DNA of 64,000 nt from Candidatus Poribacteria bacterium (GTDB lineage: Bacteria; Poribacteria; WGA-4E; WGA-3G), in assembly GCA_965197475.1 (NCBI GenBank), contig CBDANF010000002.1:1376001-1440000 (forward strand), written 5' to 3'. Both the position numbers and the translations under genes were made by a program. The notes under the pieces are model-generated. The model had not been told where the DNA came from. It searched no databases and was given only the letters and a program-made list of their open reading frames with translations. Shown here piece after piece: positions 1-10,212 of the stretch (position 1 is the first letter of the stretch; every line of letters begins with the position of its first letter).

Positions 1-360
1 AAGTGCCTTCCATATCCAGAGTTTGTTTTTCTTGTTCCCAATATAGTGCCACATCTCATCAAGTTCCAAGCAGACGGTGGTGCCGGGTGTGAGTGTTTGT
101 TTCGGTGCCTGTTTTTTAGCAAAGGTGCGTATCCATTGAAGCACAGTTGTTACGTGGCATCCGACAAGTTTTGAGATAGCATTCATTGAGATGCCGTGGC
201 AATATAAGAGAACGGCGAGAGTTTTCTGTGCTTGTGGTTTCCCCCGGGGTGTTGTGCGCGTCCATTGATAACCGCAGTTTTTGCATTTATAGCGTTGTTT
301 AGTTTTGACGAACCCGTTTTTGACGAAGTGAGTGTGTTGACATCTTGGGCAATTCTTCAT
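1..360 (-). CDS. IS1-family transposase, N-terminal part (partial)
   Basis: Manual translation MKNCPRCQHTHFVKNG...ELDEMWHYIGNKKNKLWIWKAL; paralog of 47471..48199. Confidence 0.85.
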   Translation of the reverse strand, partial: MKNCPRCQHTHFVKNGFVKTKQRYKCKNCGYQWTRTTPRGKPQAQKTLAVLLYCHGISMNAISKLVGCHVTTVLQWIRTFAKKQAPKQTLTPGTTVCLELDEMWHYIGNKKNKLWIWKAL

Positions 361-567
361 GGTGTCCTCTATAGAGCAGCGAGTTTGTTTTCAATAAGGA
401 TATAGGTTTTAGATACATCTGTCAATCAAAATCAGTTTATTAGTTTGATTTTGATTGACAATTTTTGTCATAAGTGTTATCATTAACTCTACTCTAATTG
501 AAATGTGATGCAGAGTGGTTCAGAGGGTACCCACTAATTACCGCATCATTATTTAACCAATACCCTC
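1..567 (-). mobile_element. IS1-family element (left part; runs off window)
   Basis: Terminus GAGGGTATTGGTTAAATAATGATGC (minus strand, from 567) also found at 45913; contains transposase 5' part. Confidence 0.8.
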
Positions 568-679
568 ATAATTTGACAAGATTGGGGGAATCTGTTATTG
601 TTTTCACAAGTCTCAAAATTCTATCAAGACTTTACCATTAATCAAAATATTTTTCAATCGTTTTACGTAGAAAGGAAAA

Positions 680-1846
680 TTGCACGTAATGAAAACTATT
701 GTCTCAACTTCAGTTGTACTATTAGCAATTCTCAGTGTTTCTCTATTAGGATGCGAACGAACTGATACCACTTCCCAGATGGGGGCAACATTAAAAATTG
801 GTGTGATTCAACCGGAGTATAGTTACACCACATTTAGTCAAGGTGCGGAAACTGCTCGGGTCCAAATCAATGAAAATGGAGGGATACTCGGCATGCAGGT
901 AAAATTTATCAGTCGTAATAACCAGCTTGTAGCGGATGAACCTCCAACATCGGCAGCAAGCATCGGTGCAGCAAAAGAACTAATTGAGATGGAGAACGTG
1001 TTTGCCCTACTCGGTCCCGTTCGCTCTACCATGGCTATTGAGGTCGGTCCAATTGCGCAGCAAGCACAACGACTCATGCTTCCCGGTTCCAGTGGCTCAA
1101 ATGTACCAGAGGTCGGAGATTATATCTTCCTCATCACAATCCCAAACCCATTTCAAGGGAAAGTGATGGCAAGTTTCGCTATGAATCCGGACGAACTTGG
1201 TGCCAAAACTGCAGCAACAATTTATGAGAAAGGCGACAGTTATTCTATCGATCTCGTCCAAGCATTTGAAGCAGCTTTTGAGGAAATCGTTCACAGGGGT
1301 CACTATGCTGCAGGTGATATTACCTTCACCGAACTGCTTACAGAAATACAGAACACAAAGCCAGACGTCATTTTTTGCCCCGGTCATCAACCAGAAGTAC
1401 CACTTTTGATAAATAAAACACGACAACTCGGCATCAAAACGACTTTCCTCGGAGGTAGCGCGTGGGATGATAGAGAACGATTCCTTGGCGTCTTAGGTGA
1501 TAGCACTATGTTAGATGGCAGTTATTATCCGACTAATTTCTCTGTAGCCACACAAGACGCATCTGTTCAGGAATTTGTGAACGGATACATGGCGTTGTAC
1601 GATAGCCCACCTGACGGCGTTGCAGCGTCTGGCTATGACGCGATGCGACTCTTAGCACACGCAATAGAGAAAGCAGGTTCACTTGATGACCCAATGGCAG
1701 TTCGCGATGCTTTTGCGGGAGTCAAAGATTACAAAGGTGCGACAACCATATCACATTACGACGTAAACCGGCACCCCGTCAAAAGCCTCGCAATTCAGAC
1801 AATCCGAAACGGGCAGGTTGAACACTACAAAGTTGTAGAACCATAA
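680..1846 (+). CDS. ABC transporter substrate-binding lipoprotein, branched-chain amino acid (LivJ/LivK-like) family
   Basis: Lipobox LLGC; INENGGILG, KPDVIF, GYDAMRLL, YKGAT motifs. Confidence 0.85.
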   Translation: MHVMKTIVSTSVVLLAILSVSLLGCERTDTTSQMGATLKIGVIQPEYSYTTFSQGAETARVQINENGGILGMQVKFISRNNQLVADEPPTSAASIGAAKELIEMENVFALLGPVRSTMAIEVGPIAQQAQRLMLPGSSGSNVPEVGDYIFLITIPNPFQGKVMASFAMNPDELGAKTAATIYEKGDSYSIDLVQAFEAAFEEIVHRGHYAAGDITFTELLTEIQNTKPDVIFCPGHQPEVPLLINKTRQLGIKTTFLGGSAWDDRERFLGVLGDSTMLDGSYYPTNFSVATQDASVQEFVNGYMALYDSPPDGVAASGYDAMRLLAHAIEKAGSLDDPMAVRDAFAGVKDYKGATTISHYDVNRHPVKSLAIQTIRNGQVEHYKVVEP

Positions 1847-1972
1847 TGTGATGTCTTTCTACCTGTCAGACATAATTTCAGTAGATTGAAAATTTAATTA
1901 CGTTTGACAAAAACATGTCCTTCTGATAATCTAATAGCAAATTGATAAATTCCTAACTTAGGAGAAATTTCT

Positions 1973-3010
1973 ATGTATAAAAGTGCGATGTTAGGGTGCG
2001 GTGGACGCGCCCGAGGGCATGCAAGTGCCTATCGCTTCGTTAAAGGTGGTAAACTCGCAGCAGTCTGTGATATGAACGAAGAACGTCTCAACGATTTCGG
2101 CGATCAATTTGATATATCTTTACGTTACACAGATTTAGATAAGATGCTTGAGAAAGAGAAACCGGATCTCCTTCACATTGTGACTGCTCCAGTACTACGC
2201 GGATCCAATGAGCGAATTCGGTATTCGTTGATGAAGCAGGCATCTGATCACGGTGTACCAGCGGCAATTGTAGAAAAACCGATTGCTGTTGAGAGTGAGG
2301 ACTGGAAGCAAATCGCGGGGTTGGCAGAAGAGACGAAAACAAAGTTTATTGTCAACACACAACTTAACTTCCATCCGAAAAACCTTGAACTAAAGCGAGA
2401 TGTGGCGGAAGGTAAAATTGGCGAGATAAAGTTTATTGATGCAAGTGCCCGAAGCACCCCTGTTGATCAAGCACCGCATGTGCTGCAGTTGGTATCGTCC
2501 TACATTGACAACTCCCGACCTGTGCGCGTTTTAGGTCAAATTTCCGGCAAAAAAAAGTTAGATTCAGCGCAACCTTCTCCGATGCATGCTGCTGGTCATG
2601 TTATGTATGAAAATGGTTTACACGTTTCTATTGCATTTGGGACCGGTGTTGGTACGATGGCATCCGATAACCAAGGTGTTCATTGCCATAAACGCGTTTT
2701 TGTCGTTGGAACGGAAGGGTTTGTACATTGGCGATTCAGCAGTTGGGAACGCGCGACACGAAAGGGTGGCTACGAAAGCGGTCCCCTGAACTATGGCGAA
2801 CAGGATATCCAGGCACAAGGAAATCTCACTGAAGCAGCCTTTGATTGGCTTGATGATGAGAGCAAAGAACATCCAACGCATCTCAAGCAATCCCTTGCTG
2901 AGTTCAACCTGCTTCTCGGAACGTACTACAGCGGTATAACTAACCAGATAATTGATCTTCCGTTTGATCCACCAGACGGTTTAATGGATTCTCTCAGGGA
3001 GAAGTTGTAG
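1973..3010 (+). CDS. Gfo/Idh/MocA family oxidoreductase
   Basis: LGCGGRA Rossmann motif, VEKP motif. Confidence 0.85.
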   Translation: MYKSAMLGCGGRARGHASAYRFVKGGKLAAVCDMNEERLNDFGDQFDISLRYTDLDKMLEKEKPDLLHIVTAPVLRGSNERIRYSLMKQASDHGVPAAIVEKPIAVESEDWKQIAGLAEETKTKFIVNTQLNFHPKNLELKRDVAEGKIGEIKFIDASARSTPVDQAPHVLQLVSSYIDNSRPVRVLGQISGKKKLDSAQPSPMHAAGHVMYENGLHVSIAFGTGVGTMASDNQGVHCHKRVFVVGTEGFVHWRFSSWERATRKGGYESGPLNYGEQDIQAQGNLTEAAFDWLDDESKEHPTHLKQSLAEFNLLLGTYYSGITNQIIDLPFDPPDGLMDSLREKL

Positions 3011-3083
3011 AATAACTTCTGAATTTTCCAATAGGTAGGATTAGTGGTAGCAGCGAATTTGTTCGTTACTACCGCTAATTGTT

Positions 3084-3210
3084 ATACCATTTCTGAATGA
3101 TAGCATCTCATTAACAAAAAACTCGTTTGTCCTCGCGCAATTCATTGCGCCTCGGACATTCAAAATGTCGGACATCTCCGTAATGGTATTTTATTTTTCA
3201 GAATTGGTAT
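3084..3210. mobile_element. MITE with IS630-like ATACCA ends
   Basis: TIR ATACCATTTCTGAA / TTCAGAATTGGTAT; internal GCGCAATTCATTGCGC palindrome. Confidence 0.55.
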
Positions 3211-3232
3211 TATATTTCGTGGACGGACACTA

Positions 3233-3324
3233 ATACCAAATTAACTTGATTCCACTCGGTAGGTGCGGTTTCCGAACCGCACCTCATACCAAGAAAAATG
3301 AGATAAATCCCGTTAATTTGATAT
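3233..3324. mobile_element. MITE (ATACCAAATTAAC ends) carrying a GTAG-REP hairpin
   Basis: TIR ATACCAAATTAAC/GTTAATTTGATAT; inverted homolog at 31332..31422. Confidence 0.65.
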
Positions 3325-3325
3325 A

Positions 3326-4469
3326 ATACCATTTCTAATTGATTATATAGCATTAGCGATTTGTATAAAATATTCGAAACCTGTGATTTTCGCGATCATC
3401 AATGTTGAATAAATGTTCAGTATCTCCGTCACTTTTGTCTGCATGTCTTCAATGGTTTGGTATACTTGGCAAAACAACTTTGCTTTGATGTCTTGCCAAA
3501 GTCTTTCAATCGGGTTCAACTCCGGACTATAAGGAGGTAGAAACAGCAAAACAACATTGTCTGGTATTTCCAACTTTTTTGCCTGATGAAAACGACCATT
3601 ATCAAGCACTATCAGATTCAGACTATCAGAAAATGTGGCAGAAAACTGATCTATAAAGATTTGAAAACAATCTGCGTTCAGATACGGGAACTCAAGAAAA
3701 AATCGTTCACCTGTCAGTGGTTCAACCGCACCATAAAGATATATTGAGTAAAACTATAATCTATTTCCGCTACAGGTTTGATGCCTGGTAAGGTGATACG
3801 CCTATTAGCAACAGGCAAAAGACCATATCTCGTTTCATCTTCACTGAAAAGACGAATGCTTTGGTAATCCGATCGTTTCTTGTCAATCGCATCGGCAACT
3901 TCTTGTTGGAAGTTGGATATAAACGCTTTACTCTCTTCCGCGTTTTTTTTATATGGCTTGGACGCGGCACTTTGAGTTTTGCTTTCCATTTGTTATGAAC
4001 AAGCGCATAAACTGCCTTATATTTCATGGTGACACCAAAGGTATCGGCAATATACTGCTGGATCTCTCCATAACTGATGAAACCATGGGGTTTCTGCAAC
4101 TCAGAACGTAGAATGTCGCGCTGTTCTTCAGTAAGAGCTGGGACAGCCCCTGGAGGATACCGACGCTCTAAGAGTTTTTCAAGACCACCTGTTTCGTATG
4201 ACGACAACCAGTTTCCAATCGTCGTGCGATGCACACCTAACAAATCGGCAACTTGCTTACGATTTTTTGCTTGACCACTTTGTAAATGATACAACATGAA
4301 GAGCCTTTGCTTTTGATAGCTTTGGGCAGAGCACTTCATAAGGGATTTGATTTCTTCAACACTCTCGGTAATTTTGGGAACTTTTTTATTCATTGCTTCC
4401 TCACTTTATTTCAAAAGGTTGCAATAGAATATATACGCTTTATGTTATATTGTCAATTAGATATGGTAT
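3326..4469 (-). mobile_element. IS630-family element; transposase 4393..3343 split over three frames
   Basis: HTH N-terminus, SEDETRYG and LDNGRFH...LPPYSPELNPIERLW catalytic motifs; TIR ATACCAT(T/A)TCTAATTGA; A8 slippery run near 3945; extra frameshift near 3745. Confidence 0.9.
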
Positions 4470-4510
4470 AAGGTGTGCCACGATTCGAAATCATTTAAGG
4501 AGATATTTCC

Positions 4511-5548
4511 ATGTATAAAAGTGCGTTTTTAGGTTGTGGCGGTCGTGCCCGTGCGCATGCAAGTGCATACCGCTTTGTTAAGGGTGGCAAAATTGGAGCA
4601 ATCTGTGATATGAACGAAGAACTCCTCAATAAATTCGGTGATGACTTTGATGTATCTTCTCGCTACACCGATTTAGATGAGATGCTTGAAAAAGAGAAAC
4701 CCGATCTTCTCCACATTGTCACAGCACCAGTTTTACGAGGTACTAATCAACGTATCCGATATCCGTTAATGAAGCAAGCATCAGACCACGGTGTGCCAGC
4801 AGCAATTGTTGAGAAACCGATTGCCGTTGAAAGTGAGGACTGGAAACAGATTGCTGGGTTGGCAGAAGAGACGAAAACCAAGTTTGTTATCAACACGCAG
4901 CTCAACTTTCACCCGCAAAACCTTGAACTGAAGCGAGATGTAGCAGAAGGCAGAATCGGTGAGATCAAGTTTATTGATGCAAGTGCCCGCAGCACACCGG
5001 TTGACCAAGGCCCGCACGTCCTTCAGTTAGTATCATCCTACATTGACAACTCACGTCCCGTGCGAGTATTAGGACAAATCTCTGGAGGCGCGCATTTAAA
5101 TTCAGCGCAGCCATCACCACAATACGCTGCAGCGCGAGTTCAGTACGAGAACGGACTTCATGTTTCTGTTGCGTTCGGAACAGCCATCGCGCCCTCTGCA
5201 TCTGATGATCAAACGGTTTACTTCCACAAACGCGTTTTTGTTATTGGCACAGATGGATTTGTACATTGGCGATTTAGTAGTTGGGAACGCTCAACCCGAG
5301 AGGGTGGTTATGAAGGAGGACCGCTCAACTACGGGCAGCAAGACGTTGTCGCACAAGGCAATCTTACCGAAGCTGTTTTTAATTGGCTTGATGATGAAAA
5401 CAAAGTGCATCCAACACATCTTAAGCAATCCCTTGCAGAGTTCAACCTGCTTTTAGGTATCTACTATAGCGGCATTACAAACGAGGTAATTGAACTACCG
5501 TTTGATCCTCCAGATGGACTAATGGATTTACTCAGAGAACGGTTGTAG
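4511..5548 (+). CDS. Gfo/Idh/MocA family oxidoreductase (paralog of 1973..3010)
   Basis: Same length (345 aa) and highly similar sequence. Confidence 0.85.
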   Translation: MYKSAFLGCGGRARAHASAYRFVKGGKIGAICDMNEELLNKFGDDFDVSSRYTDLDEMLEKEKPDLLHIVTAPVLRGTNQRIRYPLMKQASDHGVPAAIVEKPIAVESEDWKQIAGLAEETKTKFVINTQLNFHPQNLELKRDVAEGRIGEIKFIDASARSTPVDQGPHVLQLVSSYIDNSRPVRVLGQISGGAHLNSAQPSPQYAAARVQYENGLHVSVAFGTAIAPSASDDQTVYFHKRVFVIGTDGFVHWRFSSWERSTREGGYEGGPLNYGQQDVVAQGNLTEAVFNWLDDENKVHPTHLKQSLAEFNLLLGIYYSGITNEVIELPFDPPDGLMDLLRERL

Positions 5549-5600
5549 AATTCGTATGTCCGTAGTTTACTAAATTTAATCTAACGTGAGTTTGACTAAA

Positions 5601-5990
5601 GTAGGTTGGGTAGAACGGAAACCACAATAAAATCAGATGTTAAAGAGAGGCTCAAGACTCATTTGAGATTGAAATTTCCGAAAATGAGTGAAACCCAACA
5701 CTTATTACTTCCAAGACGGTTGATGTGTTGGGTTTCGCTGCGCTCTACCCATAACTGTCAACTTAAGAAAATTTCTATATTTTTCGAACACTGCTCAACA
5801 CCTACTATGATTGAGACTATCCCATATTCAGTCCCGTAGGGACGATATGTTTATAGAAAAAATGTTACCACCCCCTCTTGAGTTCCGTAGGAACGACATA
5901 TCCTGATTGGTAAACTGAGGCTACAACATACCGCCCCTACGGGGCTCAAGGGATGAGTTACCTCATATCTATAAACATACCGCCCCTACC
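5601..5990. repeat. Cluster of GTAG-type REP-like palindromes and a TGTCAAC-ended MITE fragment
   Basis: GTAGGTTGGGTAGA, GAAACCCAACA/TGTTGGGTTTCG, GTCCCGTAGGGAC, CGCCCCTACGGGGC; 5757..5845 homologous (inverted) to 31571..31661. Confidence 0.65.
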
Positions 5991-6352
5991 AAATCAACGC
6001 CAAATGCGCGCATGGCATTTGGCGGGGCTGAAGACGACATTTCATTATCACAAAAATCCACGGTTCAGATGACAAAAACTTTACACACCCAGGTAAATTT
6101 AGATTAAGAACTTCAGGTAAAATGTGGTTAATACAGTTATTAATTGCAAGTAGTTTTAGTCTTTTCAAAACATATAAGCTGCCATCGCTCTCCTACCGTT
6201 TGTGGTAAATTGTTCCTTTTTTCTTCAAAAATAAGAATTATTTTCTGAAAATCGAAAACATAATATACACGTTACATCTCCGAAAATCTTGACAGAAATA
6301 TGACATCATGATATACTTAAATAACAGATGAATTATTGGGTAAGGAGATGAG

Positions 6353-6913
6353 ATGTCGCAAAAAAATAGTATCCTGCTAACGCTAAGCCAAATCGCTATC
6401 GGTGCGGTGATAACAGTTGCTGGCAGTATGGTATATCTACTAATTTTTAATAAATTTATTTGGCAGGTGCTTATCAATGACCGAATAACGCACGGATTTT
6501 GGGTAGGACTTTTATTGTTAATATCAATAGGATGTGCTTACGGTGTGATGGTGGTAGGTGTGACCGAAGGAATTCGATTTGTTGGACGGAATTTCGGAAT
6601 TAATGTTCCCTTTAAACCGGTCTGCTCAGGAGCTTTTTTGGGTGCACCTGCAATCGTTGGGCTGCTTGCGCTGCAAAATGTTCCTCTTCCATGGGATTCA
6701 TGGGAAATCTTTGGAACGCAAAACATAGTTCTCAACTTAATTATTCCAGTGTTTCAAACCGTTGCAGCCCTTTTGTCGTTACCCGTTCGAGCTTGGGTAA
6801 CGCTCGGATTTCCAGTCTTAACTTTATATGTTATCGCGATACCAATTGGTGCAATTTTAGGGTGCCGGCTATCAAGCATAGATGATGCAGAAGTCAACGT
6901 ACAAGAAACCTAA
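6353..6913 (+). CDS. Hypothetical integral membrane protein
   Basis: AGGAG RBS; several hydrophobic segments. Confidence 0.75.
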   Translation: MSQKNSILLTLSQIAIGAVITVAGSMVYLLIFNKFIWQVLINDRITHGFWVGLLLLISIGCAYGVMVVGVTEGIRFVGRNFGINVPFKPVCSGAFLGAPAIVGLLALQNVPLPWDSWEIFGTQNIVLNLIIPVFQTVAALLSLPVRAWVTLGFPVLTLYVIAIPIGAILGCRLSSIDDAEVNVQET

Positions 6914-7039
6914 TTCATGATAGGTGTCCGTTTCCGATGGTTTCCAATTTTTAGTTGCCACGAAGGTTGCGCCTCTAAGTGAGGTATAGCACCATGAATT
7001 GCGCGGAATCGTTCGCGTGCCCGAGGTATCATTCAACTA

Positions 7040-8446
7040 ATGCAGTATGATAAGCCCAAGGATGAATGCGGAGTATTCGGTGTTTTTGGACACCCAAAAG
7101 CGGTAGAATTAACTTATTTAGGGTTACGCGCGCTTCAACATCGTGGACAGGAGAGTAGTGGGATTGTCGCATCAGATGGCGAGAAATTTTCGAAGCACCA
7201 TGGGATGGGACTTGTTGATTCTGTATTTAATTCTGATATTTTAGCGAAACTCTCAGGTCATATTGCTATTGGGCATAACCGCTATTCAACAGCAGGTGAA
7301 AGCACACTTGAAAATGCTCAACCTTTGGTCCGTAATTATAAACAGGGGCCTCTTGCGCTTGGCCACAATGGCAACTTGGTCAATGCGCCACACATCCGAA
7401 ATCATCTTGAAAATATCGGTTCAATTTTTAGCACAAGTTTGGATACTGAAGTTGTCTTCCACCTGATATCACATTCGCGTCAAGACAGTTTGGAAGATAG
7501 GATATTCGATGCGTTTCGGGCAGTTGAAGGTGCGTATTCATTCGTTGTTATGGACACAACAACGCTGATGGGCGCGCGGGACCCGTATGGGTTTCGACCG
7601 TTGTGGATTGGCAAACTGGGAGAGGCTTATATATTAGCTTCTGAGACTTGTGCCCTTGACGTTATTGAAGCAGAGCCGATACGAGAGGTTGAACCTGGTG
7701 AATTGGTCACGATGCGTTCAAAGCATCTCGGTCTGGAATCTTTCCGTTTTTCCCCGCAGCAACCTACATTATCCCAGTGTATTTTTGAATATATCTATCT
7801 TGCGCGTCGAGATGGCATGATGTTTGGTCAGGGTGTGGACAGCACGCGTCGTGAGTTCGGTAGGCAGCTTGCACGTGAACACCCTGTCAAAGCGGATGTC
7901 GTAATTCCTGTTCCGGATTCAGCAACAATTGCAGCCCTCGGCTATGCAGAGGAATCTGAGATTCCTTTTGATCTGGGATTGTCAAGAAATACCTTCGTTG
8001 GCCGCTCATTTATGAATCCTACCCAAGATATTCGGGAACTTATGGTGAAGGTGAAGTTGAATCCGGTTCGCGAAGTTCTTAAAGGAAAACGGGTTGTAAT
8101 GGTAGATGATTCAATCATGCGCGGAACAAATAGTCGGAAACTCGTCAAAATTGTACGGCAGGGCGGAGCAACGGCGGTGCATGTCCGTATTGCGTCACCA
8201 CCCAACAAATATCCATGTTTCTACGGTGTTGATACACCTACGCGAGCAGAACTGATAGCGAGTAAATATTCCATTGAGGATATCCGCAAATATATCCGAG
8301 CTGATAGTTTAGGATATGTCAGTATTGAGGGGATGCTAAAGGCAGTGAAGACACCAACAAATTTTTGCACTTCATGTTTTGATGGAAATTATCCTATTAC
8401 CTTGAATGAAAGTATACCGCGCCAATTACCATTAATATTAGATTAG
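7040..8446 (+). CDS. purF: Amidophosphoribosyltransferase
   Basis: ECGVFG, LQHRGQES, GHNRYST, VDDSIMRG, CFYGVD motifs. Confidence 0.98.
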   Translation: MQYDKPKDECGVFGVFGHPKAVELTYLGLRALQHRGQESSGIVASDGEKFSKHHGMGLVDSVFNSDILAKLSGHIAIGHNRYSTAGESTLENAQPLVRNYKQGPLALGHNGNLVNAPHIRNHLENIGSIFSTSLDTEVVFHLISHSRQDSLEDRIFDAFRAVEGAYSFVVMDTTTLMGARDPYGFRPLWIGKLGEAYILASETCALDVIEAEPIREVEPGELVTMRSKHLGLESFRFSPQQPTLSQCIFEYIYLARRDGMMFGQGVDSTRREFGRQLAREHPVKADVVIPVPDSATIAALGYAEESEIPFDLGLSRNTFVGRSFMNPTQDIRELMVKVKLNPVREVLKGKRVVMVDDSIMRGTNSRKLVKIVRQGGATAVHVRIASPPNKYPCFYGVDTPTRAELIASKYSIEDIRKYIRADSLGYVSIEGMLKAVKTPTNFCTSCFDGNYPITLNESIPRQLPLILD

Positions 8447-8750
8447 TTTTTTCAAAGAGGTTTGGAAGTTGTAATCACGAAATAGTGTGTAGATTGGGTT
8501 GAACGAATGTGAAACCCAATACCGCAACCGTTGTGAAAGTAATCACATGTTGTGTTTTGCAAGTTTAAGCCAATCTACTGGAATTTTGTGAATCAACACC
8601 AAATGCGTGTATGGCGCGCGTCGGATCGCGACCAGGAGGTCGCTCCTACACAGAGCAATTCGGGCTTACAAGACTTCCTATAGGAAGTCTTAAGTAAAAA
8701 TCCAATAACATAGGAATCCTAACCGTTCCTAATGTGAATAAGGAAAAGTT

Positions 8751-9155
8751 ATGATATTTCTGCCACCAAAACAAAACAATAAAAAGAATTCTTTGAGAAA
8801 AACGCTGCATCGCCGCCACAATTCAATAGGACCAAGAAGCAGAATGGATGGAATAATGAAGAACCCTCTCGGAACATCGCAAGGTGTGTCGACGTTGAAG
8901 ATCGTCTTAATGTATTCTGTTCTCGGTATAATTTTGAATTGGGTGCTGCCCATCGCAATTCAGAAGGTGAACCCTGAAATGTTGAAAGAAGATGCGCAAT
9001 ACTATGGAACGCTTTATGCTATAGTTGCAACCTTTTTCTTTTTGGTGGTCAGTCTTTTGAAAGAAATAATCATGCGTCATAGATCGCAGTCGGATCATTT
9101 AGAGACACAAGGTACAAATACGCACCTATTTGGTACAAAAAATTCAAAAAAATAA
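8751..9155 (+). CDS. Small hypothetical membrane protein (true start may be downstream, ~8843)
   Basis: Two hydrophobic helices; lies between purF and purM. Confidence 0.55.
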   Translation: MIFLPPKQNNKKNSLRKTLHRRHNSIGPRSRMDGIMKNPLGTSQGVSTLKIVLMYSVLGIILNWVLPIAIQKVNPEMLKEDAQYYGTLYAIVATFFFLVVSLLKEIIMRHRSQSDHLETQGTNTHLFGTKNSKK

Positions 9156-9165
9156 GGAAATGTGG

Positions 9166-10212
9166 ATGGCAGATAAAATACCTTTGACCTATGCCGATGC
9201 TGGTGTTTCATTTGAATCGGAATCTAAAGCAATGCAGCGGATAAAAGACATCGTGAAAACGACCTATCGGACTGAAGTCCTGAGCGATGTCGGAAGTTTC
9301 GGTGGATTGTTCGCTCTGGGTGCGTATAAGCAACCTATTCTTGTTTCAAGTACGGATAGTGTCGGCACAAAGTTGAAAGTTGCCTTTAAAGCAGACAAAC
9401 ATGATACCGTAGGCTTTGATATTGTAGCACATTGCGGCAATGATATTGTTGTGCAGGGAGCTGAGCCGCTTTTCTTTTTGGACTATATCGGCATCGGAAA
9501 ATTGGAACCGTTGGTTTTTGAACAGATTATTATAGGACTTACCTCGGGGTGCCGGGAGATTGGTTGCGCTTTAATCGGCGGAGAGACAGCGGAACTCCCC
9601 GGTTTCTATGCTCCTGGCGAATACGATTTGGTTGGCACAATCGTGGGCGTAGTCGAAAAAGAGGCACTGATCACAGGCGTGCACATTGCGCCTGGCGATA
9701 AGTTAATCGGTTTAGGGTCAACGGGGTTACATACAAACGGATATTCGCTTGCACGCCGCATTTTATTTGACCGTTGTAACTACAACGTAGATACTTATCT
9801 TCCCGAACTTTCATCAACAGTCGGTGAAGAATTGCTCAAAACACACAAGAGTTATGTCAAATCTATCCTGCAACTCCGCGAGGTGTGTGAAGTTAAAGGC
9901 ATTGCACACATAACAGGCGGAGGATTGCCCGGAAACGTCAAGCGAATTCTACCTGAAGGGTGCCGCGCAAGAATTCAGAAACAAAGTTGGGATGTTCCTC
10001 CCATTTTCACGATACTCCAACGGGAAGGCAATGTTGAGGAAGCAGAAATGTATCGGGTTTTCAATATGGGTATCGGAATTGTCTTGGTTCTCGCGCCCGG
10101 TTCCGTGGCAAGTGCATTAGAATTTCTGAGTACATCAGCGGAAACGGCATTCCAAATTGGAGATATCGTTTCAGGTGACAAAGGAGTTGCGTTGTGTCCG
10201 AATCCTTCTTAA
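9166..10212 (+). CDS. purM: Phosphoribosylformylglycinamidine cyclo-ligase
   Basis: TYADAGV, STDSVGTK, GGETAELPG, HITGGG, FNMGIG motifs. Confidence 0.97.
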   Translation: MADKIPLTYADAGVSFESESKAMQRIKDIVKTTYRTEVLSDVGSFGGLFALGAYKQPILVSSTDSVGTKLKVAFKADKHDTVGFDIVAHCGNDIVVQGAEPLFFLDYIGIGKLEPLVFEQIIIGLTSGCREIGCALIGGETAELPGFYAPGEYDLVGTIVGVVEKEALITGVHIAPGDKLIGLGSTGLHTNGYSLARRILFDRCNYNVDTYLPELSSTVGEELLKTHKSYVKSILQLREVCEVKGIAHITGGGLPGNVKRILPEGCRARIQKQSWDVPPIFTILQREGNVEEAEMYRVFNMGIGIVLVLAPGSVASALEFLSTSAETAFQIGDIVSGDKGVALCPNPS

